Part shown: positions 17,278 through 31,166 of the stretch, piece by piece | Position numbering within the stretch: the first letter of the stretch is position 1 | Layout: every line of letters starts with the position of its first letter | Translations under genes and position numbers: made by a program | The notes under the pieces: model-generated | What the model was told of the DNA's origin: nothing | The model's database searches: none | The model's input: only the letters and a program-made list of their open reading frames with translations | From: Eledone cirrhosa | Taxonomy: Eukaryota | Reading direction: 5' to 3' | Length of the DNA stretch: 64,000 nt | NCBI GenBank assembly: GCA_964016885.1 | Contig: CAXHJY010000743.1 | Location: forward strand, 17,400 to 81,399

Positions 17278-19480
17278 GAAAACCGTGATATTGTCAGGAA
17301 GAAATGTGTCCATAATGATAACGGTGTACTTGCCCTCACTGATACTGATAAGAAGATAGCCTGGAAGTGTCACTACGAGAGACTATTAAATGAGGAGAAT
17401 AAATGGGAAAAAGATAGGCTGCCCCAAATCAATCCAGCGGTGCAAGTTGAAGATAGTATAATAAATAAGGCAATCAAAGATATGAAGACAGGCAAGGCAG
17501 CTGGGCCTTCGGAGATAGTTGCTGAGATGTTGAAGGCATCTGGAATGGTGGGACATACTATGGTCACCCGTATAGTTAACCAAGTAATACAGAATGAGGT
17601 CATACCAAAAGACTGGCATAGCAGCATCATCATTAACTGCTACAAGGGTGAAGGGGATGCTCTAGATAGGGGAAACTATAGAGGCATTAAGTTAGTTGAC
17701 CAAGTCATGAAAGTCACAGAAAGAGTTATAGCGTAACTAATCAGAAAGCGAATTGATCTAGATGAAATGCAGTTTGGGTTTGTGTCAGGTAAAAGTACCA
17801 CAGACGCTCTTTTCCTTGTACGACAACTACAGGAGAAGTACCTAGCTAAAAGTAAACCCCTCTACTTAGCTTTTGTAGAACTGGAGAAAGCCTTTGACAG
17901 AGTCCCCCGCTCTATTATCTGATAGGCTCTTAGAAAACTAGGTGTAGATGAATGGCTTGTGAGAGCTATACAAGCTATGTATTAACAGTCAGTAAGGTTA
18001 GAATTAACAATGAATATTGTGAAGAATTTAGTGTAAAAGTTGTTCATCAAGGCTCTGTCCTTAGCCCCCTCCTATTTATTATTGCCCTTCAGGCTATAAC
18101 AGAGGAGTTCAAGACCGGCTGCCCATGGAACTCCTATACACAGATGATCATAGCTGAATCAATGGCTGAACTAGAGAAGAAATTCCAAACATGGAAGCAT
18201 GGCTTAGAATCAAAAGGCCTTAAAGTTAACTTGTCTAAGACTAAAGTTCTAGTTTGTAGAAAGGAAAATAGGGCACAGGTGCCCTCAGGGAAATGGCCTT
18301 GCTCAGTGTGAAGGAAAGGAGTAGGCAGAAATTCCATTTTATGTCCCAAATGCAAAGTATGGGTACATAAAAGATGTAGTGGGATCACAAGTAAACTATC
18401 TAAGAACGTAGACTTTATATGTGGCCAATGCTCAGGTGCAATAAGTAGCAAATGTCCACAGGATACTAGCTCCTTCTATTGTCCAGATGGTTCTATAGAA
18501 ATACTGGACACTTTCCGTTACCTGGGTGACAAAATCAGCAGTGGTGGAGGTGGTTCTGAAAGTACAGTAGCTAGAGTCAGAACGGGATGGAAAAAGTTCA
18601 GAGAGCTTATACCACTGTTGGCCACAAAAGGTTTCTCTCTAAAAATGAAAGGCAGATTGTATGATGCCTGTATATGAACAGCAATGCTACATGGCAGTGA
18701 GACATGGGCATTGTGTAGAGAGGACCTGCGCAGACTGGAAAGGAACGAAGCATGCATGCTCCGTTGGATGTGTAATAGTAATATACGTGAACGGCAAAGC
18801 ATAAATGAACTAAGTGAGAAATTAGGAATAAGAGGGATCAGATGCTGTTTACTTGAGAGAAGACTACGTTGGTATAGCCACGTGATGCGCATGAAAGACG
18901 ACAGCTGTATAAAAAAGTGCTGGGCGATCAAAATTGGTGGTAGTTACGGAGTAGGTAGACCCAGAAAAACCTGGGACGATCTGATAAATTCTGACCTTAC
19001 ACACTTGCACATCTCTAAGACAATGTCACTGGACCAGTAATACAGAAGACCCACCTTGCCTATGTACAAAGCGAAACCTACAGTCAGTAGGCACCTCTTA
19101 ACCAAATATACACCCCAATCCACTACCCCTACCCTATCCTCCCACTCCCACCAACACCACCCTCTCTCTATAAAGTTGGTACCACAAGATCCAGTCCCAA
19201 TAAATGATTTAATGAGATCGAGGTGGTGTAGGTATCACGACAAAAAAACACACAGTCCACGCTGTAATGTGACCGTGTAGGTAACACGGTAAAAAGTTCC
19301 CAGTTCCACACTGTAAATGTGGTTGGTGTTAGGAAGGGCATCCAGCCATAGAAAACATGCCAGATAGTCCTATATGAGCGAGACACGGTCACCTGACCAA
19401 CCTTGCCTCAAGTGGGACAACTCCCGTCTAACCCATGCTAGCATGAAAGATGGATGTTAAACGAAGATGATGATGAGATG
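17278..19480 (+). mobile_element. RTE LINE, 5'-truncated with stops/frameshifts
   Basis: GKAAGPSEI, NYRGIKL, QFGF, LEKAFDRV, HQGSVLSPLLF, FRYLG and GSETW motifs. GAT tail. Short TSD ATAAG. Confidence 0.95.
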
Positions 19481-20156
19481 ATAAGATTTTTATATTTATT
19501 TTGAGAACAATAACTTTTCATCAGTGTGAGTGGCCGGTTTGAACAGAGGTGAGAGAATTCCGGCCTGATACAGCCAGTTTAAAGGCTAAAGGGTTAAGTA
19601 GGGAATGATCTCAAAGTGTTTCATCTTCCCTCCTTTAGATCCCATTGCCAATGGACAATATGAGCTTGACGAATGTTCAGTGTCTTGAATAGTTATCTTT
19701 AGATATGTATATTCAAGACTGGGAAATTTGGCTCTTATATTTATCAAATGAAGTGACCATAGTGAGGTATCATCATCATCATCATCATCACTGTGGGTTA
19801 GACGAGTTGTCCCGTTGTGAGACACGTCAGATCAGATGATCACGTCTTTCTCATACACAAATAATTTTGGTTTGGTTTTTACGACTGGATGCCCTTCCTA
19901 ATGCCAAACACATTTACAGTGTGGGCTGGGTGCACCAAAAGGACCACTTTATAGTGTGGGAGGGAGGATTTATCAGGTGAGAGGTGGAGGATAGGGATGT
20001 GGGTGTAGGGAAGATAGAGGAAAGGGGTGCATACTGAATGCATGCTTCAATTTCTGCATAGGAGAAGGCTGGTCTTCTGTATAACTACATAATGCCAGAT
20101 TAGTTTATTTTTGGTTATTCAGGTTGTTTTAATAATTGTAATCCTTCATTTTGCAG

Positions 20157-20356
20157 AGCTGGTGCAGAAAGTTTATGGTGTTATATATTCAATTTGTCTG
20201 CTATAAGTGCAAGTGTGAATGAAAAAAAGCGACGTATCATAATGACTATAGTTTGGTTTGCAACAACCCTTGTTCTTGCTGTGTTAATTCCCAATATTGG
20301 AGTTGTTATTGCATTCCTTGGAACATTAGCAGCTGTCTTCATTTTTATTTTCCCAG
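20157..20356 (+). CDS. SLC38A7: SLC38A7 exon (AGAESLW...IPNIGVVIAFLGTLAAVFIFIFPG)
   Basis: ttgcag|A...CCAG|gtaat. 200 nt, phases compatible with both neighbours. Hydrophobic TM segments. Confidence 0.95.
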
Positions 20357-20898
20357 GTAATTCTTTTATTTTTATTTTCTTTAGAATATTTCCTATTTGT
20401 GAAATTTATTTGAAATGAAATCTTTCTAATTAATTGTAGGGCACATTTCAAACCTTAAAGATTCAGTTTTTATCTCAAACAGAATTTGTATCACAAGATA
20501 TCTAAATACAGTTACTTCCTATTGACAGCATTATAATAAAATAATAGATATTTATAAAAGAATGAAAAAAATATCATCATTATCAGTGTTTTAACTTAAG
20601 CACAGATATGTCATGTGATTAAGAAGTTTGTTTCATAATCAGTAGTTTCAAGATCAATCCCACTTGGGCAAGTATCCTCTAGGAAAATTTAGCTGTTATT
20701 TTTAGCAGGTTAAGCAGCTGTCCCAATGTAATTATTAATGAAAGGAAACTGAAAGATGTTTTCTATTTCTCTTTATATTAAACTCTTGTATTCTACCTCC
20801 TATTCTAAATTAATACCAATGTTTATATTTGTAAAGTCATTTCAAAACAAAAATCCAGATAAATTTATAAATCTTTATTTTTTTTATATATTCTTCAG

Positions 20899-21104
20899 GC
20901 TTATGTATCCTTCAATTAGGTATACATATGGATGATTACCTGGTGTGGAAATCGCGGTTTGCTATAGCCTCTGGAATATTGTTTTTAACTTTAGGTGCTT
21001 TTATTTTTGGTGTCACTTTTACACAAGCCATTCTGAAGAACCTTCATGGGTTTTCTGGGAGTGGATTAGATGATGTCTGTGATAAAAACGTTACATCTAC
21101 CTAA
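20899..21104 (+). CDS. SLC38A7: SLC38A7 terminal coding exon (GLCILQ...LGAFIFG...TST*)
   Basis: ttcag|GC, open to TAA at 21102-21104. GLC..Q and TLGAFIFG match the SLC38A7 C-terminus. Confidence 0.92.
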
Positions 21105-22451
21105 AAAAAGTATATTTAATTAAATATGAATATGAATTGTTAAATTTTAGTGATTTTCATAACATCCATTTCTTTCATGAAGTTGTTATTGTATTCTGTC
21201 AAAGCATCTTAAATGTGGTTCTGTGTTTAAGGATCCTTTGGATCATGTGATGTTTTGTTTGTGCTATTGTAATATGAATTTTATTATTTTCTTGTATGAA
21301 TTTACAAATGAATATTATTTTTCTTGTATAGTGTGTGTTATATAAGGCATGCTAATATCAATTCTTTTTTTCAATTTCAACAAATTTAGTGATATTATTC
21401 AGTATATATTTATTTACAATTTTGTCTATTAATTTTTATGTAAAATTGCTATTTCCCACTGTAGCTCTTACTTTTTGAACCTTTTTATAAGGATCTCTGC
21501 TGCAAATGCTCGACATTGGTTTATGTAGCATTCAGCAGGTGAAAAATAAGTCTCTCCTTATGGGCTTGACCTTTGCAGGCATCTTTTCCTGACAGAAATG
21601 AATTGAACTCAGCATTGCACACTAATGAATAACATATCTGTTGTTGATTAAAATAATAAACTATACTACCTCTGTGGTACTTGCTTACATCTATCATTGA
21701 GAATTTTGTCTCTTTGCCAGACACACAAGACATGAACTGCCAACTTCTGTTAACTGTCCAATGCTGTGTATCAATGTTATCATATATTGTCTCACTTTTC
21801 CACTAAAATCACTCTCTAATTAAAAATATGGTTGATCATGGAACCATCACAAATATATATATATATATAATTTTTTTTTTTTTTTTTTTTTTGATAATTG
21901 AAATATATTCTTAGAGAATTTCATTTTTAAATGTTTTTAAGAATAAAATTTTTTTTACATATTGCTGGAACATTCATTTCTGTGGATGCCCATTCCGCCA
22001 TTAACTACTCAAGTATAAAGTAGGTGTAGAACTTGTTTATCATTCAGGTAAACAGTATCAAACATAGACAATAAGGTACAGTGTTGTGTCTATAGGACTT
22101 ACTCTCTTCTAAGTGAACACAGCCATTGAGAGCCATCTTGATCAAATAGACCATTTCTTTTCTGTTTATTTAACTTGGGATATGTGACAGTATTGGTCAC
22201 TGTCACTAATGATATCTAAAACTCTGTTCCTTTATCTAAAACCCAATAGTGTATGTGTACACACCTTCTCCTTTTTCAACTTTACACCTAGAAAATTACT
22301 GGTTAGACTACAGTAGGAAATGAACTGAAGAGCGTTATTTTTTAAGACAACAACTCTTCCAGTACTCTTATCAACTGAGTCAACGAAGGAGTTGCATTGT
22401 TGTCGCTCAGCATGTTAGAAATAGCAGCCAAATCTCCCTCAAATTATACCC

Positions 22452-23305
22452 CATCATCATCATAATGACTGTTTAATGTCCATTTTCCCATGCTAGCAAG
22501 GTTAGATGAGTTGTCCTGTCGTGAGATAGGCCAGGTGAGGTGACCATGCCCTGCTCATTCAAAACTGATTTGGGCTTGGTTTCTACAGCTGCATGCCCTT
22601 CCTAACACCAACCACATTTACAGTGTGGACTGGGTGCTTTTTGGCGTGACACCTATACAACCACTTTACAGTGTGGGCTAGGGACTTTGGTGGGAAAGGT
22701 GTGTGGGGATTGGAGGGGTGAGTATATGGGTGTGTGTGAAGGGAGTGTTTGGACGTGAAAGGGAGGATGGAAGTGAAAGGGGTGCGTACTAGATATATCC
22801 TTCAGCCAGCGCTCATGGGAGGTGTATGGAAAAGAGTGTGAAGGTGGTGCATATATATGTATGCTTCAACCTGTTCTCATAGGAAGGATGGTCTTCTGTA
22901 TTACTGAATAATGCCAGAGATCTCAGTCCTGTGTCATCTCCTTTGAGAGGTGCAATTGTGCAAGGTCAGCTTTTATTACCTCACTCCAAGTCTTCTTACT
23001 CCATAGCTGCCATTAACTTTGAGCGCTCTGCACCTTTTTATACAGTTGTCATTCTTCATACACATCACATGTCCATACCAATGGAATCTCTTCTCCTGCA
23101 CACTGCATCTGATTCCTCTTATGCCTAGTTTCTTAGTTCGTTCATGTATATTACTATTACACATCCATCAAAATATGTAAGATTCATTTCTTTCCAATCT
23201 TCGCAAGTCCTCTGCACACAGCGTTCAAGCCTCACTACCATGCAAAATTGGTGTTTGTATACATGCATCATACAATCTGCCTTTCATTTTGAGGGAAAAG
23301 CCTTT
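22452..23305 (-). mobile_element. Old RTE LINE 3' fragment
   Basis: (CAT)n tail, conserved 3' UTR (GCCCTTCCTAACACCAACC), GIRGIRC...WYGHVM remnants. Confidence 0.85.
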
Positions 23306-25620
23306 AAAGAAAGGACATTGAATTAGAAGATGGAATTACCATAATTAGAATGCTTTTGAAGATAGGTTCCAAAATTATCCATTAATAAGCAATCAGAATC
23401 AAAACCACCTAAAGCTTTCAGTTTGTGTCAATGTTTGTCTTTGCATTCACTTAATCTTTATTATAACAAACTATTCATTTTTAATTTGAAATGTTGTTTA
23501 GCCTCAGTTCAGTCTTAATCAAGAAGACTTATTATCAAAGATATTTCAACCATAATCGTTCCATTTCATTTAAATCATACTGTACTTTGGGCTACATTAT
23601 CCAATTTATCCTTCCTTTTTTAAGACAGTAGGTTGCAATTTGAGGATGATTTGGTTGCTATTTCTAGCAGCTAGAATGACTACATGGAGGCTGTTATGAA
23701 GGCTTTTTTTTATGTTATGTATGTATGTGTGTGTATGTAAGAGAGATCAATCATACATACATGTGTGTGTGTAAGTTAAATCATGACAAACTCAAAAACA
23801 TTTGAGTGTTTATTATAATAAAAACCTCATTTTAATATTTTATTTTATTATTCCTTATGTTGTTGAATCCATCTTAATTTGATTTGTTAAATCAAGATTG
23901 TGTAAATTGACTGAACTCCAGTTCATTTTAAGAATTATGTGCAATTTGAAATTGAAAAAAAGAATAGGTTTTCTTATCAGATTCATACTATTTTTCTAAA
24001 TAAAATCCTTTAAAGAAAGTCAACAAACATGTCACTGAAATTGTTTTCAGTTTTATTTTGTTTACAGTGCCTCTTAAATACTCACAAAAATTTACCAAAT
24101 ATAAAGGCTAAATATATTTGGGGGCAAAATATTTTTCACTTGAATATATTTGAAAAATTGATTACCACTTTTATAAAGTTTATATTTACACAAAATTGTA
24201 TCTATGTTTATTTTATTTTGTTATATAAATAAATAAGTTTACTGAAATTCTTATTTTCTTTTTGTCTCTTCAATTACATTTCAAATATTATCAGTTTTTG
24301 CTACATCACTATCAGAAAGGAAGGATAAACAATTATATTCCTAGATATTAAAAAGGTAGACAAATTACTTCTTGAATGTCTTTGATATTAGGACTATTCG
24401 ATCAGATGACAATAATGGTTTTCTTACATTAGCACAAGACCACAAATATTTAGAATTATATATCAGATAGATGTAGCTTCATGGTCCCAGCATTACACTG
24501 GGGGATGATGAAGCAGTTGCACTGAAAGAGCCAGTCCAACTTGCAGAGCTTGTTCTCATGGATGGCCATCTCAACCTCAATTGCAGTAAGTAGGGAAGTA
24601 GTTCTGGGACCCAGGATGCAGTCAGTAAATGTCTTGCATGTTTCTCAATATACTATTTCATTTTGTAATTGTTATCCAAGCCTAATTTCTGCATCACACT
24701 ACATTTATAAAATTAACGAACCATACACTACATTTCAAACTGTCAGGGCTTCCAAGACTTGTGTGAAGGAAAACACTAATCAATTTTTTCTTCTCATTAC
24801 AAATGTAGCAATTAACATCAATTAAAAATTATTTTTGTCTTACTACAGTAAGTTTGTTAACCAACACTCAACTCACTTGTAAACGTGCTGACATGACATA
24901 TGGTATGTCTTGGGCATTTTAAACCTGGCAGAGCCCATCCGTTCTCCAGCTGATTTATTCCAGAGAATGATAGAAAGGAAAAGATATAGAAGAAGAATTG
25001 ATCTCAGTATGGGACTAGTACTTTTTATCAAACTCTAAAGGACGAAAGACAAAGTTGACCTCGGCAGGATTTGTACATAAATTCACTCTATTATTGAAGC
25101 TCAGCCTTAGTTCACTGCATTTATCTTTAAAGTTCTTAAAAATATCAATTTCATGTGTCCTGCTTGTAATAGAGCACCCAAGATGTCATTCTTTGTAGCA
25201 ATTAAAATCTTCTATTAGAGTACAAATAAAATATAATACTTGTGCTGAGTCAATTGTAGCAGTTGACTCATCTACAGCTATTAAATATGTTGTTTCCTTT
25301 TTAATTATTATGTGAGTAGTTGTTTTGTAATGCCAAGCACTAATTCACATTACCTTATCAGTTATTGTAACTCTCATCTCTCCCAGAACTCTTTATATTT
25401 TTTAGCTATTATGGGAACATATAAAACAAATAAATAAATGGAAACAAGCAAGCAGACATATAAATGACTACAGCTTGATTAAATTATATCTAAACATAAG
25501 TCATGAGGCAACAAATTTTAAGATGTACCTTAAATTTATAAAAGCAACTTTTTTTTTTTATATGGCAAAGCATATAAAATGCATAATTAGTTGAAAAGGT
25601 AGGCTTTGAATACTGTTATA

Positions 25621-25850
25621 CAGGGTGAGTCATATGTAACAGGGCAGTCCAACATTTATATTCTAAATATTTACTAAAATTCTGGTTATACAGTATGAAA
25701 TTATAAACCAAACAAAAGTAGTTACAAAAATATAAAGAGTTTAAAAAGATAGCTCTGTTCCTCAATACATTTGGAAGCAGATGTTCAAAAAGTTATCTGA
25801 ACCTTGCAATAAAAATGCATTGACTGCCCTGTTATTTATGACTCTCACTG
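25621..25850. mobile_element. Tc1/mariner-type MITE
   Basis: TA-CAGGGTGAGTCATATGTAACAGGGCAGTC ... GACTGCCCTGTTATTTATGACTCTCACTG-TA: imperfect ~29 bp TIRs with TA TSD. Confidence 0.8.
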
Positions 25851-26049
25851 TATAATGGTTTCTGATTTAGGCACAAGACCAACAATCTGGAGGAAGGGGA
25901 AAGTCAATTAAATCAACTCCAGTGTATTACTGGTACTTTATTACATTAACCCTCTAATTCATTCTATCAGAGCACTAATGTTGTCTGTGTTGACTCAGCA
26001 CTTTGCAGTGAGTTCAATTGTGGCAGATGTCTCATCCATTACAGGCTAA

Positions 26050-28110
26050 AGGACTTTTCCACTCCATGTAGTTTCTGATGTCTCACCATATTTACTTTTA
26101 GTCTCAGTGCTTGTACTGCGAGCAGGGCTTTTTATAGCATAGAAAATCTAGTCTTCTGTAATACAGTAAATTGCCAGTCAATTTGATCCTACATCATTCC
26201 CTTCATGAAGTTTAGTTTCTTGAGGTTAGTCTTTACAACTTTGTCCCATGTCTTCCTTGGTCTCCTATTACAGGTTCCATTAACTTCAAACACTCGGGAC
26301 TTCTTCATACAACTCTCATTCTGTTTATACACCACATGATATTAACAACACAATCATCTCTCTTACACACTACATTCAATTCCTCTTATACTCATCTTTT
26401 CTCTCTCAGTTCATTAATGCTGTTGTTCACATAAACTAACAATGCATCCATTCCTTTCTTGATGTAATAAACTGACTTTTTCATGCAAATTTCCGGCCTT
26501 GTGCCTAAATTAGAAATCATTATTGTCCTAAATGTGTTTGACCCTAGTGGCCAATAAACAAAACATCATTATTATTCAGGCATGTGGTTTAGTGGTATTT
26601 GTTAATCCAATTACATCTCTAACTAGTGAGTTTTTTATGTCCTTGGCCAGTCTACATAACATTGTAGTATAAAATACTTCTTTTCACTTCGATCTCAAAA
26701 TTCAATGACTAATTACAAAGGTGTCATACCCAATGACAGGCATAGCATCATCATTATCAACTGCTACAAGATGCATTAGAGATAGGCATAAAATTGTACC
26801 AGGTTATGAAAGTTACAGAGAGTTAGCACTTGATGAGATGCAGGATAATTACTTTGCTAGCTTTCAATGATCTGGTAAAGGCCTTTGATAGAGTTCTACA
26901 CCCTATAATCTGGTGAATACTAAATAAGCTATGTGTAGATAAATGACTTGTACGATCTATACAAGCTATGTACAGAGGTGCAGTCAGCAAGGTGAGAATC
27001 AACAAAGAGTTGAGTAATAAATTTAACATTGCAGGTAGGAATACATCTTGGCCCCCTTCTATTTATTATAGTCCTCTAAACCAAACCAACAAATAAATTT
27101 AAGATTGATTGTCCATGGGAATTCTTGCATACTAATGAAGTATCCTTTGCAGCAAAATAGGATTATGGAAGAAAAACCTTTAATCAAAGGGCTTCAAAGT
27201 AAACTAAATAAAAACTAAATTTTTAGTAAGTAGGAGAGAAAACAGGGAACTGGACATGCTCAATTTGTAGGCAAGTAGGTAGAAAGTCCATATGGCATAC
27301 AATGGACACACAAGAGGTATAGCGAAATCACAGGTATGCTGATGGAGAAAGTAAACTTCATCTGTGGAAGTTGCACAGGAGTAATCAGCAGTACCATTAT
27401 ACACACCATGAATTCCCTCAAATGCTTAGAAGTTTCACTCAAATTCTTTGATAACTTTTACTACATTGCTTACCTAATTAGCAGAGGAAGTAGATATACC
27501 AAAAGCATAACAGCCAGAGTAAGAAATGAGTGAAAACGCTGAGGGGTTGATCCTTCTGCTGGAAACAAGGCTTCTTCCTCAGAATGAAAGACATTGTATG
27601 ATACTTGTGTTTGAACTGCTATGTTGAATGGTAGCATGACATGCCGAGGATTTATAATGACTAGAAAGAAATCAAGCATGCATACTTCTCTGGGTGTGTA
27701 ATGTTAATATGCATGAACAGCTAAGCACAATCTAACAGAAAAGGTGGATATAAAAAGAATCAGATGTAATGTGCAACTGCATCATCATCATTTCATTTTA
27801 CGTCCACTTTTCCCTACTTGCAAGGGTGGGACGGGAACTGATTCTGGCTTGATTTCTACAACTGGATGCCCTTCCTAACACCAACCTCATTTACAGTGAG
27901 TGCTGGGTGCTTTTTTTTGCTGTTGCATGGGTATGAAAATGTGATACATATAGTGAATAACAGTTGCTTAAAGAAGTGCCAAGCATTTGAAGTGGATGGA
28001 AACTGTAGAAAAGGAAAACCAAGGAAGACATAGAGCAAAGTAGTCAAGACTGACCTCAGAGGTATCACAGGACCATGATGACTGGTGAAACAGTGAGCTG
28101 CATAAGTCTT
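26050..28110. mobile_element. Cluster of highly decayed RTE fragments (26050-26460 minus; 26700-28110 plus, interrupted by an inverted RTE tail at ~27780-27915)
   Basis: Recognisable remnants of KAFDRV, PLLFII, GCPWE, the PHD region and GRPRKTW. Confidence 0.7.
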
Positions 28111-31100
28111 GCCCAGTGGGACAAGCATGGTGACACAATCACTGAAATTAATGGCATTGGTGATAGAGATTAAGGTTTATTCACAATCACCTTTTCTTTG
28201 ACTTCATTTTGATACTCATTACACCATGCTGATTAGTAGAAGAGGGAAGGCATCTGATTGGTCCATATCTAATCCCTTGCCAACTCCCACTACTATCCAT
28301 TATATTAAAGTGCCAATATTGGATTGTGTGTGGAGCAAATTGTCAATCACACTGAGGAAAGGGGAAAATAAGATTGTGGGTATGATAGAGCAAGAGAAAA
28401 AGAGCAGTGGTTGTGGTGGAAGCAGCAAATGCTGAAATTTTTTGTTTTAATCTCAAGTCTTATAGAAAGATGGTAAGAGTGTGTGTGTGAGAGAGAAAAT
28501 GAAAAGACATTGCTTTTTAAAACTTTGGTCACACTGTGGAAAGGTATGAGTGTGTGCAAGAGAGAGAAAGAGTGGCACTATATGAAAAATATTGTTTATC
28601 CTCAAACTATGAGTAAAATATTCCATTTTGGGAGTTTTGTCATTTTTTTAGTTTATTGAGTTTTGTATATAATATATTTCAAATGCCATATTGATCTTTA
28701 ATACTTGGTGGTTGTTTCTAATTAAGGCTTGGAATTTCTGCATGGTTATTACTTTTATCACTGATTACCATTAACACTACCACTGCAGTGGTGAAACATT
28801 GAACAGAGGAAATATATGGTAAAGAGGATTCTTTAGCCTTGTCAAGTACAAGACAACCTTTTTAGTACTCGTGCCATAAGAAAATGCACCCAGTACACTC
28901 TGTAAAGTAGCTGACAATCCAATAGACACAACTTTGATCTTGCAAAGGATATAACACCCTATCTAGGAGTGGTACGATGGTAAAATATTCCCAGTACAAC
29001 TGGTAAAGTGATAGCTTTTAGAAAAAGTATCTGGCCATAAAAACCATGCCAAATTTGGAATGTGATGTGGCACCTCAGCCCATCTATGAGGGCAGTGACT
29101 CTAAATAAAAATTGGGACTGTAAGAGCCCATGCCAGCATAGAAAACAGATGTAAAATAATGATGATGATTTCAAGGAGCCATATTAAAAATCTGAAGTCA
29201 TAAAGAGAGCGAGAGAATGAATGAGTGCTTAGGTGGGGGAGGGGGCATAATTCAGCTAAAGAAGACAAAACAAATTGGAAGTTGGTGTGTTGTTTAGACC
29301 CAGTTAAGCCCTAGGACGACCAGACTTGTGATCAAAGGTATTCCAGCAGTGACCATTCTATTTAATTCCGAGGCATAGTACATCCAGGGCTACATTATCT
29401 AATGTGTCATTCTTTTCTAAGATGGTAGTGTATGATAGAGGGAGATTCATCTGCTATTTCTAGCAAGTAGAATGACTGCACAGTCTCCCAAAAAATTTGC
29501 TATGTAGTTTGGTGGTTTACAGTTTCAAGAACAAATCTTCACATTCCTATTATATAAAAAAAAAAAATATCCAATTTCAAAACTAACAAACTATATCATA
29601 GGAATACAACAACGCAGCAAATTATAGACTCACTATATCCGACAAAATTCCCTCAAAACACACACTACCATCTTTAAAAAAGGAAGGACTCATTGGACAC
29701 TGTAGCTACTGATATACAAAAAAAAATGGGCTAATCATGGCTTGACTACCTTTGGTCATAGGTCTGTTGAATCATAATTGAACCCATGTCATTAAAGTCA
29801 AAACAATTATCAATTAAAAAATTCAGAAATATTCTCAGAACAAAATCATTTATTTAACCAATCTAATGGTCTGCTTGAGAAAAATATAAGTGGGGAAAGT
29901 GAACACTTCATTTTCGAAATAACTTTTCATCTCCTGATAGGTAATTTTTCTATCACACAATATTATGAATTTCCTTCTAGTGATGTGGATGTAAGATTAA
30001 CATGTGTTCTATTTATCTTTTCCATCCACTATAAGTGTCATGATCAAGTTCCTGTGATAAAAAAAAAAATCTCCAAGCTCTGATACCCAAGTTCTTGAAG
30101 CCAAGCAATAGCAAAGCAATGTTCAGTGTGGAAATAACAAGATTAAATATACAGATAAAAGGAAGGGCATTTTTAGTTGTTCATATCACACTGCCCAAAT
30201 ATTGCCTTTCAAATTATAGATGTATAGTTGTGTTTTAAAAATGCGTTTAAAAAAAGTAATAATTTTTTAATTGATTTTTTTTTGTTTCATAATAAATATC
30301 CACTGGACTTTCCTAAAATAATAGAAATCTAAAACTAAAAGTTCATTTATAAAATAGTGTTTAAAATGCTTACTGAAATGACATTACTTCCATTCTCATT
30401 CCTTGTCTTTGTTTATTGAGATTAGTTTATCTTAATATAATGTTATCATTGATAAATTGACTAAAATCATAGATTGCCTAAATCTAATATTTGAGCAGAA
30501 CTGTTCACAACTGTGACAATGAATGTTAAAATTTGGGTTTAATTCTTACATCACTATATCTTTATTGAAACACACATTGTTTTTGTTTAAATTAATTTTG
30601 AAAATAAAGACGAATTTAGTAAAATAACTAACAACAGTTTGGAACATAACAGAAGGTCCTTACATGAAAATTTGATATAAGGTTTTTAATTTAGATATGA
30701 ATACTTCAACATGGGGAGGGGGATTATAATAGAACAAGAGATGGTCTGAGATGGGCTAATTATTGCAAATATCCTACATTACTGCAGTTATTAAATCACA
30801 AATTAATATTGTAAGATAAAAGATATATTTCCTCAACTTCAAATAATTATAGGAAATACACATTGCAATTCAGAGAAAAAAAAAACAAAACAACTAAAGC
30901 TATAATATATTTACATGGTTTGTTAAAAAAATTAAACATTTTAAAATTCATTTCTTGTAGAATTATCCTAAATAAAAACAAATCTTCTAAAATATTAATA
31001 AACAGGATAGAAGTGGGGAGGAAGGCATTCTGACAATGAAAATTTAACCAGTGATATATCAGTTGTCTAAATCAGTTCAAATATTCAATATATAGAATCC

Positions 31101-31166
31101 TTGATAAGTGAGTCTTGAATTTTTTTTTTTTTTTTTTTTTTTTTTTCTTTTTCCAATTAAGGCAAT

